The notes under the pieces are model-generated. The model worked only from the letters and a program-made list of their open reading frames with translations. It was not told the DNA's origin and ran no database searches. 64,000 nt of DNA from Vicugna vicugna (lineage: Eukaryota): positions 4,718,508-4,782,507 of the forward strand of contig MU058584.1 in the NCBI GenBank assembly GCA_013265495.1, written 5' to 3'. Both the position numbers and the translations under genes were made by a program. How positions within the stretch are numbered: position 1 is the stretch's first letter; each line of letters starts with the position of its first letter. This document shows positions 24,401-37,500 of the stretch, piece after piece.

Positions 24401-25524
24401 CCCCAAATACCTTTCTCCTGCGTAGGGAGGAAGCCACTCTGTAGCAAAGCCTGCCACGCCTAGGGGAGCCCTGGTCCTGCCCTCCCAGCTTCTGGTTTGG
24501 CAGGAATTTTGGAGACAGGGTTGAGAACTGGCCCCTGGGCTGGGAGCCTTCAAGGCTAGGGGAGTTGCTGGTCTAGGGACCTGGCAGCCTCTGCTGCCTC
24601 TGCCACCACTGCCTTCCTCCATCAGCTGGGGGGAAATGTGGTAAAACTGTGACCGGTGGCCTTCTGAGCCCTGGGTGCCCTGCCACGGCTGGGAGGAGGA
24701 AAGACCTTTGGTCTCACTGGCAGCTGCCTTTGCCCAGCTTGGAGCAGCTGTGGCCACTGCATCAGGTGGCCAGACGAGGAAGGTCTCTGGTGCAGACACT
24801 TGACTGTCACCTTTAATGCGGGGAAAAAAACCCTTGGGAGCTACTCACAGTCTCTCTTTTTTAGCAGCATTTTTCTAGAAATCTTGGCCTTTGAGCTTCC
24901 TGTTGGGAGGGATTAATTTTGGTGGCAGAGAGGAGGGAGGAGGGCGTCATTAATTGACTAGGAGCCGTCTCACACGTGGGTGACTTGGCTGATGCCAGCA
25001 CCAGGAGTGAGTAGATTCAGGTGGGTCCTGATCAGGATGAGAGCCTGTGCCCCGCTGGGTCTCAGAAAGGCCGACAGGAGCAACGTGCGCTGAAGCTTGG
25101 CTGGTTGAATTAGGAGACGATGCGATGCCCAGTGGACCCAACTGCTCTTGTCCCCATTTCACGGCAGTTATGCCTTTCCTGTTGTGGCCCACGTCCCGCT
25201 GGGGCTGCTGTAAGGGCCTAGGCGACTCTGGGGTCTGCTGTCATGCCTCCTTCCTGTTTGTGAATTGCGTCGTGCTTGAAGCAGAGCGTTTCCACCTCTG
25301 GACGTGTCCAGCCGGTAACCTCTCATCTGCTGCTCAAGAGGAGACTCCCGGGTGGATGAGGAGCTGGATTCACTGACTCAGGAGGGGTTTTGTAGCTCTG
25401 AGCAAGTAGGATTCTGTGTTCCTGCCTTCCTCAGTCTAAAGGCCAAATTTAATTACGTGCATCTTTTGTTTTGGTGATTAAATATGTGTATACATGTATG
25501 TAATCCGTTTTTAAAAATTTTTAG

Positions 25525-25611
25525 GTTGTGGAGGCAACGTCATTAAGCTCGGGTACAAGAATAAAAGGCTTTATTGCCTGTTTTGCTGCAGGAATTCTCT
25601 GCTCGCTGTTG
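25525..25611 (+). CDS. SFT2D2: SFT2D2 exon 2 (VVEATSLSSGTRIKGFIACFAAGILCSLL)
   Basis: tttttag acceptor, gtaaga donor, phase 0/0. Confidence 0.97.
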
Positions 25612-25838
25612 GTAAGACTGCCCTCCCCTCCTCTGTCTTTTCCTCCTGCCTTCCTTCCTTCTCTCTTTCCACTTTCATCCACCTGCTTTTCTCGTTTGCT
25701 CTTCACTGAAATGCATGCAGGAGAGGAGAGGGAGGTAGGGGAGGCGGAGGGGATGCTCGGGAGGGTGGGGCAGGGGGACAGTTTCCTTTGTGTGCTCCTG
25801 GTTCCTCATGTGCAAACACCCTGTGCCGTGTCTTCCAG

Positions 25839-25924
25839 GGAACTTTCCTCCTCTGGGTGCCGAGGAAGGGACTGTACCTCTTTGCAGTGTTTTATACCTT
25901 TGGTAACATCGCATCTATTGGGAG
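25839..25924 (+). CDS. SFT2D2: SFT2D2 exon 3 (GTFLLWVPRKGLYLFAVFYTFGNIASIGS)
   Basis: tcttccag acceptor, gtaatg donor, 86 nt. Confidence 0.97.
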
Positions 25925-28440
25925 GTAATGTTTTTTTTTAATCTAACTTGAGCCAGTTATTAGATGGGAAAATGGGTGTGGGTTGTGTTTGGAAGGTGGT
26001 GAAGGAGGATACTTCAGTAGCTTCAAGGATTTGGAGAAGAAAGAGGTAGTTAAAATACATCACTTCCATATCCTATCACTTCAGCATATTTTTATATCTT
26101 AGTTTATCTTTGAACCCCAGGAGAAAGCAGGGACTGTCCTACCATTGTGACTTTATATGGCGCAGAGCGTAGGTTTGAACACCGCCCTCCCGATTGCTCT
26201 GGTCTTACTGCTGTTCCTCACCAGTTGACCCACATGCTCTGAGGATTCAAGGACAAGTAGGGTTTGGTTCCTGCTGTGATGGAACTCTGGTTGGCCAGGC
26301 AGACAGATGTATAAACCAATAACATAATAGGATGTGGAGAGAGTGGTGCCTCTGGGAGGGGCAGGTGGCCTGATCTGACCTGACCTGGGGAGCCAGGAGG
26401 GCTTCCCGGAGCAGGGGATATCTGAGATGCTCTTAGCTCTGGCCTCTTATCACTGCTTATCTGAACGACTGCAGGGGTCCTGTCCTGGGCTTCTCTGCCT
26501 CCTTTTTTTTGGCTCCTCTCTAGGCCATTTCCACAGAGCTGTGGCGCCATTCATTAACCCCCAGAGACGCTCCCCGGTCCCTCCGTGTGGGTGAAGTCCA
26601 AAACCCTCAGTGTCTGTACAGGACAGGCCCTTCGAGGTCTGGCTTTAGCCAGTCATCCTCCCCAGCCAGGCTGCACTTGCGTTTCCCCAGAAGTCTTTGT
26701 GCCTTTGCTCGGGCTGTTTTCTCTGCCTGGAGTGCTGGCCTGTCTGCACCCCCATTTGGGGGGTACGTGCTCATTAGTCAAGACCTGGCTCAGATGTCAT
26801 CTCTTCTATGAAACTTCTCTTAATTACCTTTTCCCTCCAGAATCGATGACCTCCTTTATATGGGGACTGCACATCCCATATGTGTATAAAATACATCTAT
26901 ATTATGTGACAGCACAGATAGCATTTCATTACTCTGACTTGTTACAAGTCCGTGACCCACTTGACAAGGGCTGTACCTCTGTCTTTCTTGTCCTTAACTG
27001 TCCCCAAACCTGGGTCTTTTTCTGGCTGGAAATGTTAACCAGATGATTGAGTGCATGACACTGGCCACCTTCTTAAAGCTTACTTTCTTGAGTCTTGTGA
27101 TAGAATGCTGGCCTTTGGAGATGTCTTTCTTATCGAGCCTCTAAAGCTCTCTCGAATACTAACTTTTAGGGAGTTTTGCTTAGGGCAGACAGCGTAGGTT
27201 ATGATGTAGGGTCTCAACTGAGCATAACTAGTTGGGTGTGCTGGTTAGTTCCAAAGAACTATTTCGCAAATCCTAGTGGGACTGACCCTTGGCAGCATTG
27301 CCGAGGGAAATAGTAAAGGGAACGAATTGTTATTTCCAGGGTGTGTCCAGGACGTTGTGGCGTTACCTGTAATCTTTTATATTTTTGTATGTTTGCTGCA
27401 TTTAATTTTTAAGGCCAGCCTTGGCCAGTGCTTCTTGTTCAACGTAGGCTAAAGAGGGCACTCAGCTCAAACACTTGACCCGAGAGTGTAGCCTTGAATT
27501 CAGATGGAAACTTAATGGCACTTCAAAAAGAGGTAGACGTATTTTTAAAATTTTTATTTTTTTGAGCACTCAGCAGCTAATGTCATCTACTGGTCGGCTT
27601 GTATTAAACACTGACTGTCCCCAGCTACCCCTGGGGTGATGCCACACGGGACATTTCCATCAGGAGTCGGGGAGCAAGACATACAGCTGGTCCTGCCATG
27701 TGATGCATCAGGCCTGAGCGTCTGCTTCATTTCTGTTACCCTTTCTCACTAGCCACCTCTGGGTCCATTCCTCCAGAAGGCATACTGGGGCTGTCTTTCA
27801 GAGCTTTGGGATCCGGTAGATGTGGGCGTGCATGCCAGCTTTTTAAGTGCCTAGCTGTGTGATCTTGGATAAGTGAATTAACCTTTCTGAGCTTCATTTT
27901 CTCAGCTCTAAAATAAGTGTAATAATAGCAGCGTTGTCGAGGGGATGAAATGAGGTCTTGTATGCGGTGTCTAACATTTAGCAGATGTTCCGCAAACCAC
28001 AGGTGGTGGTACTGTCATCATCAGAATTAGTCTCTGGAGATTTTGAAAGAAAATGAAATGCTCTGCTTTCTAACATAACCAACCCGAGCCTATAAGATGA
28101 TGTGGTGTTTCTTTTTTCTTGCCTGAGTCTTTTTTGTTTGTTTGTCTGTCTCCCTGGGTGGGTTGTTAAGGAGGCTGGGTAGCACCTGGAGGAGGGGCTC
28201 CTCTAACCCAGTGGTCATGAACGTGGTTCCTGAGCCAGACCTACAAGCGTCTGCAGCCTCGCTTTGCTGTTGGCTAGTTGGGTGGCCTTGGATCAGTAGC
28301 AGGGCCTTCTGGACTTCAGTTTCTTCATCTGCAAAATCATTATGATAACTATTACTATGATGGGCTTCATGAGTTGTTGGTAGACTAACTGAGAATAAGG
28401 CACAAAAAGCTCTTAAGCACAATACCTAGCCCAGTAAAAG

Positions 28441-28587
28441 ATTTTATTTATTTACTTATTTTTTGGGGGGAGAGGTAATTAGATTTGTTTATTTGTGTGC
28501 TTGTTCTTAATAGAGGTGCTGGGGATTGAACCCAGGACCTTGTGTATGCCAAGCACGCGCGCTACCACTGAGCTGTGCCCTCCCCAC
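28441..28587 (-). mobile_element. tRNA-derived SINE, antisense in SFT2D2 intron 3
   Basis: Reverse complement of the A/B boxes (ggggattgaacccagg...ctaccactgagct) with a T-rich tail. Confidence 0.85.
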
Positions 28588-28675
28588 TAGCCGGAGCTTT
28601 TTAAGTGTCGGCTACTGTTACTGCTATTCCTGCCGCAGGTGAGTTGGGGGAGGCGATGGGGAGGCTCTGGCCTGA

Positions 28676-29091
<416 letters not shown>

Positions 29092-30551
29092 TGGCTGGGA
29101 TTTCTAAAGGAGTTTTTGGTGCTGTTGTTTGGAATTTTTTTCCTCTTAAACCTGAAGACTTCTGCCCTTTTCCCATTCGTCTTGACTGACTACCTGATGC
29201 CTGTAACCACGGTGGCAGAAGGGAGCATTCTTCGTGCAATAATCTTTCCTCTCTTCCCTCGACTTGTGTTTCAGTTGGTGTTAAGTTACTGCCAGTTCTA
29301 AAGCACCTCCAGAGGTGTTGCCTGTCAGATTAGCCAAACTCATGGTAATAAGAGATTCGGACACCCTCCTGGGGGTCGGTGAAACCACATACAAGCAGAG
29401 CTCAGAGGGAGTAACTCAAAGCACAAGGTTCTCTGTTGAGTGGGTGTCCAGGCTCCTAGGTTGGGCTCTGTCTCCCCTTACCGTTGTCTGACTTTGGGAT
29501 CCCGTTTGTTTTCACCAGTTTTCCTGAAGTGAGTCTGGTGGCCTCATGGCCCCGCACCCCTGTTCCCTGTTCTCACAACCATGTCCTCAGTCTTGTCCTG
29601 TCCTTCTGTCCTATTAACCCAGAATGCCTCTCCCTCCTTTGGACCATTTCCTTCCCCGTGACCATCACATCTTTCCAGACCACATTCTCTGGACTTCTAT
29701 TATAATTTTCAGTATTGCAATGTCCAGAACTTGATCAGCATCCTTTTATTTTTAGTTTCATTTGTGTACATCTCATTTGTTCAAATAGGTAAGTTCTCTA
29801 AGGCCATGGCCACATTTGCTACTATTTTGTGAACTTTCAGAGCATTGGGCGCCGTGCTGGGCATGGGAAATATTTGGGTTCTACTTATTTTATAATTACT
29901 GATACAGCAGGTTGGAGGTGACAGGCTTGACTGACAGCTGGAGTACTAATTGTTCTCAGCCAGGACACGGAGATGGCCCTGGTGGAGGTGGCCTGGGAAA
30001 GTCTCTTGCAGAAAGAACTTTCTAAGAAAGGACTCGGGGAAAGTGTTAGGTGACATGTAAACAAATAACTGGCTGTGAGGATGACATCCCGTGTTAATCT
30101 TTGTCCTCACATGCTGTTTCTACTTTAGACCCTAGTGTTTGGCAGGAGTGAAAATGAAGAGGTGTGTGTTAAACCTACTTTAGTACATTTGAATGAAAAG
30201 ACGGTTGGATGAATGGATGGACCAGAAATGTACTTGTGTTTGCTGGGCAGAGATTTTGGGCAAATGTGAAAGTAGAAGAGGAGCCTCCTCTTTTTAATCT
30301 ACATGACTCCTTATTGGCCAGTTTCATTTCATTGGGATTTGAACTCTTCTACCAAACATGGGTGCTCAGGTAGGTTTAAATGCTTTGAAATGAAGGATGC
30401 TTTTGGTTGCTCTGGTAACCACAGAATCTGGTGACTGCAGCTTGATAAGTATTACTTTGAGTTTGTCAAGGATGATGTCTTTACAGCTTTTTTGTTCCCT
30501 CCATGTTGTCATTATTGTGTTAATTAAATAATACTTCCTTTCTCTCTCTAG

Positions 30552-30587
30552 CTGTGTTTTGCGCTCACCCTGTGTTCTGCCTTTTGG
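30552..30587 (+). CDS. SFT2D2: SFT2D2 exon 5 (LCFALTLCSAFW)
   Basis: Polypyrimidine-tag acceptor, gtaagt donor, 36 nt. Confidence 0.95.
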
Positions 30588-30674
30588 GTAAGTGTGTATT
30601 TTAGTTTTCCTTAACCTTTCCGGTTTGTGCCTCTTGTCACACATGTTCATGTGACCGTATCATTTTTCTCTCAG

Positions 30675-30733
30675 TGGCACAACAAGGGACTGGCTCTCAT
30701 CTTCTGCATCTTGCAGTCTCTGGCCCTGACGTG
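30675..30733 (+). CDS. SFT2D2: SFT2D2 exon 6 (WHNKGLALIFCILQSLALTW)
   Basis: Follows an 87-nt GT-AG intron; gtaagt donor. Confidence 0.95.
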
Positions 30734-32691
30734 GTAAGTAACCTTTCCAGCAGTCCCCTCCCACGTCCACCTCTGACTAATGCAGCTGAAGGAGGTAAAA
30801 TCCCACTGGGCGTGCGTAGGAGGATTAGGAAAGCGGAAGCTTATCAGTGTATGAATCCTTAATAATACAAACCAAGTCACACTGCAGGGCAAGAGCCTGT
30901 CGACTCAGCCCACGACCAGTAGGTGGCGTTAGTGGTCCTGAGTGGTCGTGGGAGGCTGTTTTCTCGCTGTGGCATGTTTTCTGGGTTCATGGTCGTCTTT
31001 GAGATGTTATAAATGTTATTAAATGTTATTCAGCCACTCTGCGTCCGGCAAGGGCAAGGACAGTAAGTATCGTAGGGGCTGGTTAAAAAAAGAAAGGCTT
31101 GTGAGTCAAACAGGCATTAAAGAGAAAGGAAAGTGATAAGAGAAACAATGAGTGTTACATTTGTGATGGGATGAATAATTTAACAGAAGGACAAAGAGTG
31201 AATCGTCAGCAGGAGATGAGGAACAGTGGCTGACGGAATGGAAAACCGCGTGGCTGTGGGCTGTAGCAGGGTCAGGGGAGTGTGGCCCAGGGGCCAGGCA
31301 GAGTGAAAGGACCACTCTCCAGTGGTCCTTTATTCAAAACCCTGGATAGGGCTGTAGGTTCATGGCCCTTTCAGACCTGCCTGACATCAGAGTGAGGGGG
31401 TGGTGGCATGTATGGAATCAGTAGCTTCTGGGACATTTCTGTAATAATATGTTCACAGTGTATCCAGGGATGCTATCTGGCAGAACAGTTTCAATAAAAA
31501 TGTGCCTTGGTCTACTTTGGGAAAAAACGTTGGCTCCAATGCAAAGAAAGGACTGAAAGTTTCAAAGCTTCCAAGGATCAAGTATAATCATATGTGATAG
31601 AAGTGCGTCTTGAGACCGCAAGCCCAGCACCCATCCTGCTCTTTAGTAATTTTGGACTTTTGAATAAATGTGCTTTCAGAGCGCATTTACTGTGTTCCAG
31701 TAGGTGAGCCCCTGTACGTGGTGAGTGTCAGATACGGAGAAGAGTGATGGCCTGATTTTAAGATGATGTGCCTTTTGGGAGCAGGCACTGAAGGGGCCTG
31801 GTGTGATGGCTTATGTTAATATATTTTGGTTTTCTGCTGGGGACAGAAATTAGTCCCCACATACACATGCCTTTCTTGGCCTATAGACCGATGCCGAAGC
31901 CAGTTTTTTAAGGCTCTGTTCATATGAGCTCAGGCACGTGGCCCTGTTCCTTCCAACACTGACCTGTTCCGATGCGCATGCGTTCTTGGGGCTGAGTGAC
32001 TTCCAACCTGTCTGACACCCGTGCGTGGTCCTTTGCGGGGTGGCCACCTTCCTCCCCTTGTGGTTCCCTTCTAGGCGAGGGGGCGGAGCGAACCGGGGTG
32101 ACCAAGGTACCTCTGGGCTTGGGATCTGGAAGAAGCACACCTTGCTTACTGTGCTCGTCCACAGAGCAGCTGGTAGTGGGTTTTTTTTTTTTTCTTTTCC
32201 TGTTCTCTTTTCACTTTTTCAAAAATTAAAAGGCGCGGAGCAGAACATCTATCCCAATCAGGTAGAAGTATTCTGCTGAGGATTTGTAAGATGTTAGAGG
32301 CCAGCTGACCTGGATTTTATTTGGTGTTCTTTCAGAATGGGGCTTCTAGGCCGTCTGGTTACCTGGAATCTGCGTTTTAGGAGACCCTGCTGGCTCATTT
32401 GGCTAAAGCAGTAACCCTGTGAAGCTGAGGGGACAGGATTGTCTCCACGGGCCTTTTCTCCTCCTGCTTTGGCCACAGATGCCACTCCCTTCCCTGGTTA
32501 TACACGCGGCCCAGCGTGTGTGTGCGCATGTGGGTGTGCGCGTGCGTGTGTATGCACCCTCCACACCAAGGAGGGAGAGGGACTGGATGCATCACGGCAG
32601 GCCCTCGTACAGCTCAGAAGCCCAGTCCCCTGTGTCATCTTCCACTCCCTTCATTTGATTTGATCTTTGTTTTGTTTGTTTTTCATTGTAG

Positions 32692-32721
32692 GTATAGCCT
32701 TTCCTACATACCGTTTGCAAG
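32692..32721 (+). CDS. SFT2D2: SFT2D2 exon 7 (YSLSYIPFAR)
   Basis: ttgtag acceptor, gtaaga donor, conserved YSLSxIP motif. Confidence 0.95.
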
Positions 32722-34528
32722 GTAAGACTGACGGCATTTGGACTCTAACGTCTGTCATTGGGGGATGATGCAGTGTGTGCACGGGGCCTTGTAGTTGAGG
32801 GAGCCTTCAGAGCACACAGGCTGTTTTATCTTTAACTAAAATCCTCTGAGACGAATAGGCAGATGTTATACACCTGTTTGATTGATGAGTAAGCCAGGGG
32901 TCACCCCCCACCCCCACCCATCGTACAGCCAGCGATGGGCATCGACCAGGTCCACCAGTTCCTGTTAAATACCTACTCTGTTCAGCGCACATTTGCTGTG
33001 ATACACAGTACGTGTATGCTCACTGTCGTCCTTTTAACCTGCAGCTTTGGGGAGGTTTTCTTAAAGGTGTGTATCACCTTCATATCACTGAGCAAGAGAC
33101 GGAGGGGTCTGAGTTCATGCCTGTTTTCTTGCAGTACCTCACGGATGGGGACGTTTCAGAAAAGAGTTCATGAAGGGAGAGTAAGCAGGGCCAGGACTCC
33201 GGGAGATCAGGGTTTCCTAAGCAGCACTGTGACCTCGGGCAACTCCCTGGACCCCTCCGGCCCGAGAGGACTCAGGAGAACTAGAGTGGAGTGGCCCCCT
33301 TCTCACTCTGAGGTTCCGATGCCCCAAACCTCCTTAAATTAGCACTTTCACTAGATCTTTGCCTCTGACTGTCCCCCTGGCACCATTTAATTTCCAGTCT
33401 TCTCTTTCATTACCTGCTGACTAAAAAGAGGCTTTTCCCTAACTGTGTGGCGGAGATGAGAAACGTGCAAGAGCTGGGAAGGAGGAAGAGCAGAATTAGG
33501 TCTTAACCTTCCATTGCTGACGATCGGAAGATGCTGGGAAGCGACTGATAGATGAGAGGTTGACCAGCCCATCCCGTTAAAGGCAGCTGGGTGGCTTTTT
33601 CGAACAGGCTCCAGCTTTCCACTTTTTTTTTTAACATGTTATGTTATTGTGAGCAGCCATGACAGATCTTTTTTGGCCATAAAACCCTTTCTTGTGCAGA
33701 GCGTCTGCTGGGACTTCATTGCAGAGCGTATCTTAAGAAATGCAGTGCTAGAATTATCTCGCTAGGAAAACGCAGTGCCTGCTCATGCGAATTCTCTCCC
33801 TCGTGTGGCTGCAGCGTCCTTGGCCCAAGTGCGGCCGAGAACACAAGGAGCAGAGCCGGGCTGGGGAGCCCTGGTACGCGGCCAGGTGTGCTGGTGGAAC
33901 GGAGATGCCGGCGTGAAGAGAACAGTGATTTGCCGAGCCCCTGCTCCTTCCTTGCACACTCTGACCTGAATTCCAAGGAGTTCATACAGCAGGTTAACTA
34001 GTTCTCAGTACCTAGAGAGAGCTCCCTGTGCTTGGGAACGCCTGCAAGATGTCCCTTAACAAGTTTCTGCTGTCTGCTTAGAGGAAGGACGGCCCTAGTG
34101 ACTGTTTGACTTAGTACTTCCAGTGGATTCTGCGATTCTGGTTGATATTAAAAAAATGCACAGTCCCGACTAATGTCTTGCTTTCTGGTCATCTGCGCTT
34201 CCTGTCTTTTCCTCTGATTGTCACCATAGCTATTAAATACCTACTCTGTTCAGTGCACTAATTCCCCAGCGGGTCTGTAGGTCCCCTTTTACAGATGAGG
34301 AATTTGAAACTCAAGTTAGACAAGGTACTTGCCCAGGATAAAACTACTAATAGATGTTGAAGCCGAGGTTTGATGCTGCGTAGATCCGACCGCCTGGTCT
34401 GGGTGCTTGCTGCCCTGCAGGGTGCTACCCTGGGTACCCAGGCAATAATCTAAAGGAGGGTCTTCACCACTTACAGGAGCCCTTGGGGTGCTGAGCTCTC
34501 GTTTATCTTTGTGTTTTTTTCTTCCTAG

Positions 34529-34568
34529 GGATGCTGTGAAGAAGTGTTTTGCTGTGTGTCTAGCATAA
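34529..34568 (+). CDS. SFT2D2: SFT2D2 exon 8 coding part (DAVKKCFAVCLA*)
   Basis: cttcctag acceptor, TAA at 34566-34568. Confidence 0.96.
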
Positions 34569-37500
34569 CACACAGCCAGGTTTGCAAAGCGTTGGAAAGC
34601 AGGATGTGGATGGAAGCTGGAGGACCGGGTTGTAAATATCTTCAAAACCTCTGTCTCACAGACACGTGCCTTTTACCCTGCAGTGGTGCGTTGCTTGTGT
34701 TCTGAACATCGGAGGGTTGCTTTTGGGTGTGTTCCCAGACTTAGATGTCTGTAGCAGAATATGAGAGATGGGTTTGGTATCTGACAGAGTCGAATCTTAC
34801 TCACGCGCCTTTGGACGGTGTCCCACTGAATTCTCATAAATAAAAACCTTGTTAAGCAGCAGCAGAGAAGCCTGGGCAGCCAGTGATTCCCAGGTGGTGA
34901 CAGGCAGCCCGACTGGGGACGGCAGGGGTGCAGCAGCAAGGCAGAGTTTGGGGGTCAACAGGGACTTTGTAATTTTGTCCCTCAGCTTGGGGTCTGTCAC
35001 CCCTGCCCCACACTGGGGACACACTTCTACTCTGGTGTCTGGGGGCAAGTGGTTCTGCCCTCCTGACAGCTGCACATGAGCCTGTGAGAAGCGTGGCCAC
35101 AGAGTGACGTGCAGAAGGGGCCCTTTTGGGTGATGTGTGTTATTTTAAAATCTGAACCAGGCTCTCTCGCTCCTCTGATTCCACACTGACTCTGGAATGT
35201 ATTTCCTTCACACTTAGCGCGCACTCTTTTTCTCTTGGGTCCCCCCGCTCCCCCTTCATATCTTTACCCTTGACCCCCTGGAATGAGACCGAGAGGGAAC
35301 AAAGCCGCAGCAGAAAACACTGCTGCTTCCTTTTAGACACGAGTCGGCAGGAGGTAAAAAGTCTTGCTTCTCTCTGCTCTGTTTTTTTCTTCCCTGTTTA
35401 TAAATGCTTGCTTTTAAACTGAGTTTACTTTCCATTCTCCCCTGGGATGGGGCCAGGGGAGAGTAGGTGGGGAGACAGAGCCCCACTGTAGCACCAGCAG
35501 AAGGAGGCAGGCCTGCCCAGGGACCTTCAAACAGCCCCCAAGTTTGCACTGGAGCTGGTGCCGGAAGCTGGGGGGCGGCAGGGTGGCCTGTCCCAGCCTG
35601 ATGCCTGGCCACATACAGAGTGCTTTCGTGTCCCCGACTTTGTCTAGTCCTCGTAAGAGCCTTGTGACTAAGCCGGGATTGTTACCCCACTAGGTGATCA
35701 AGGAGGTCAAGGCTTAAGAGATGTTACCAGATCCACCCAAGGCCACAGCTGATGGCAGAGCTGAGCCCTGAGTCCGGGTGCCCCAGCTTCAGTCTCCTTT
35801 GTGCCCCAGTGTTTCCAGTGTGGCTCTGGTGGTACCTCCTGTAACTGTTTTCCCTGTTTTCATCGGCCAAGCCCATGCCTTTTCTGGTCCCAATCCCTCT
35901 ATGTCGTCACACCGTCTCCTGCCTGGTCTCCCTTCCTTCTGGACCTGTAGGATCCCCATCATTCCTGTGTGCCCTTTTGCTCCTGATCATCAAAATGCCT
36001 TATCTTGATCGGCAGAGCTCCTGGCATTGCGGGACCTCCAAAGGAAGTCTGTTTGGGTTTGCTTTTCTATTCTTCACCCAGGTCTGGCCAGTCCACACTG
36101 GCTCTTGGTCTTGGAACCTGCAAACCAAAGGCAGTGGTCCACCGCTTGTCTCCTTGCTTGTGGCTGATTGCTGCCTTCTTTCTCCTGCTGTAGCTGAGGC
36201 CGCAGACTGGCGAGGCTTTTCTTTCTGAGCTGAAGAGGTGTGAACAGGCCTGATGGGGCCAGGGTGAGGAACCGATGTTACTGGGTCCTTTTCTAGGCTG
36301 TTGAGGGCATCCTGTCTTCTGCCGAGGCCCCTAACCTGCCTTCAGCCAGGAGTGGAAAGTGCATGCTACCCTCTGGCTGGTGGGAGGCTCCTTCACATCC
36401 CAGGTGCCTCCAGGAGATAGCTCAGATCTCAGAAGGGCCTGGAGGAGGTCAGGAGTCTTTATCACTTCTCTTTAGAGCCAGTGTGAGGCCAGCCTGGTCA
36501 CTATGAGCTTCAACCAGCCTGGAGTGATAACACCTAAAAGGCAGACCCCCTTGGGCCCTTTTTAGAGGCTGGACTTGACTCTGTGGGACGTTGAGGTTAA
36601 GATGTCACTGGGCGTGTATAATGTGGTGGCGAATGTGGGCTCTGAAGTCAAACAGGTCTGGGTATGAGTTGTGGCTCAGTCACATTCCAGTGTTGTGTTG
36701 AGCAAGTGACTTCACCTCTGATCCTCACATTGTTCGTCTGTTTCACAATAATGAGGCTAAAAATTCCTGCTGGATCATCGCAGGATGTCAATGAGAAAAG
36801 TGTCAAGTGCTTAGCACGGGGCCCAGCATAGGTAAATGATATCTTAGTAAAAGGTGGGTATTATTATTTAATCCCAGGAATACCCAATGGCCATTGAAGG
36901 TGACAGGGTGACTGCGACCATTAATTTATTTAAGAAAATTTATTCGGTAGTATGTGTCTAGCATTGTAGACATTGCCAGGCATTATCTCACTGCATATTC
37001 CCAGTCACTGTGGGGCTAGTGGTCTTGTCTCCATTATTAGAGAAGGAATAGCCTCAGAGGGCAAGGGGTCTACCAGATCTCACCAGTAGAGGGCGCCAGG
37101 TCTTGCATAAAAGCTCCTGCTTTGCCCTAATTTTCAGGCCTGTGGCCAGTTTGCTCAGACAGCTCCAGTCCGGACATCCCGGCAGCTTGTGGATGATCCT
37201 GCCTTCCAGCATCTTCCAGGCTCCTAAGTTTTTCCTTCTGTCGCCTTATCCTTTGGTTGCTTTCCTCCTCGTTTTTGTTTGCTGGACTGTGGGAGGAGGA
37301 AATCCATTTCAAATCTGCTGAAAACTGTTACCAAGCGACAGCGCTGGTTACAAGCAACCTCATGGGTGAGCAAGGGAGTGGAGAGTTAGAATTTTAGCCC
37401 CCGTGGCTGGTAGTGGTCTCTCTTTCCCTGCTCCTCGTTCTGTCATCCTACGTTCCCTGCAGGGTGAAGGAGAGATCATTGTGTTTTGGAAGAAAGGGAA

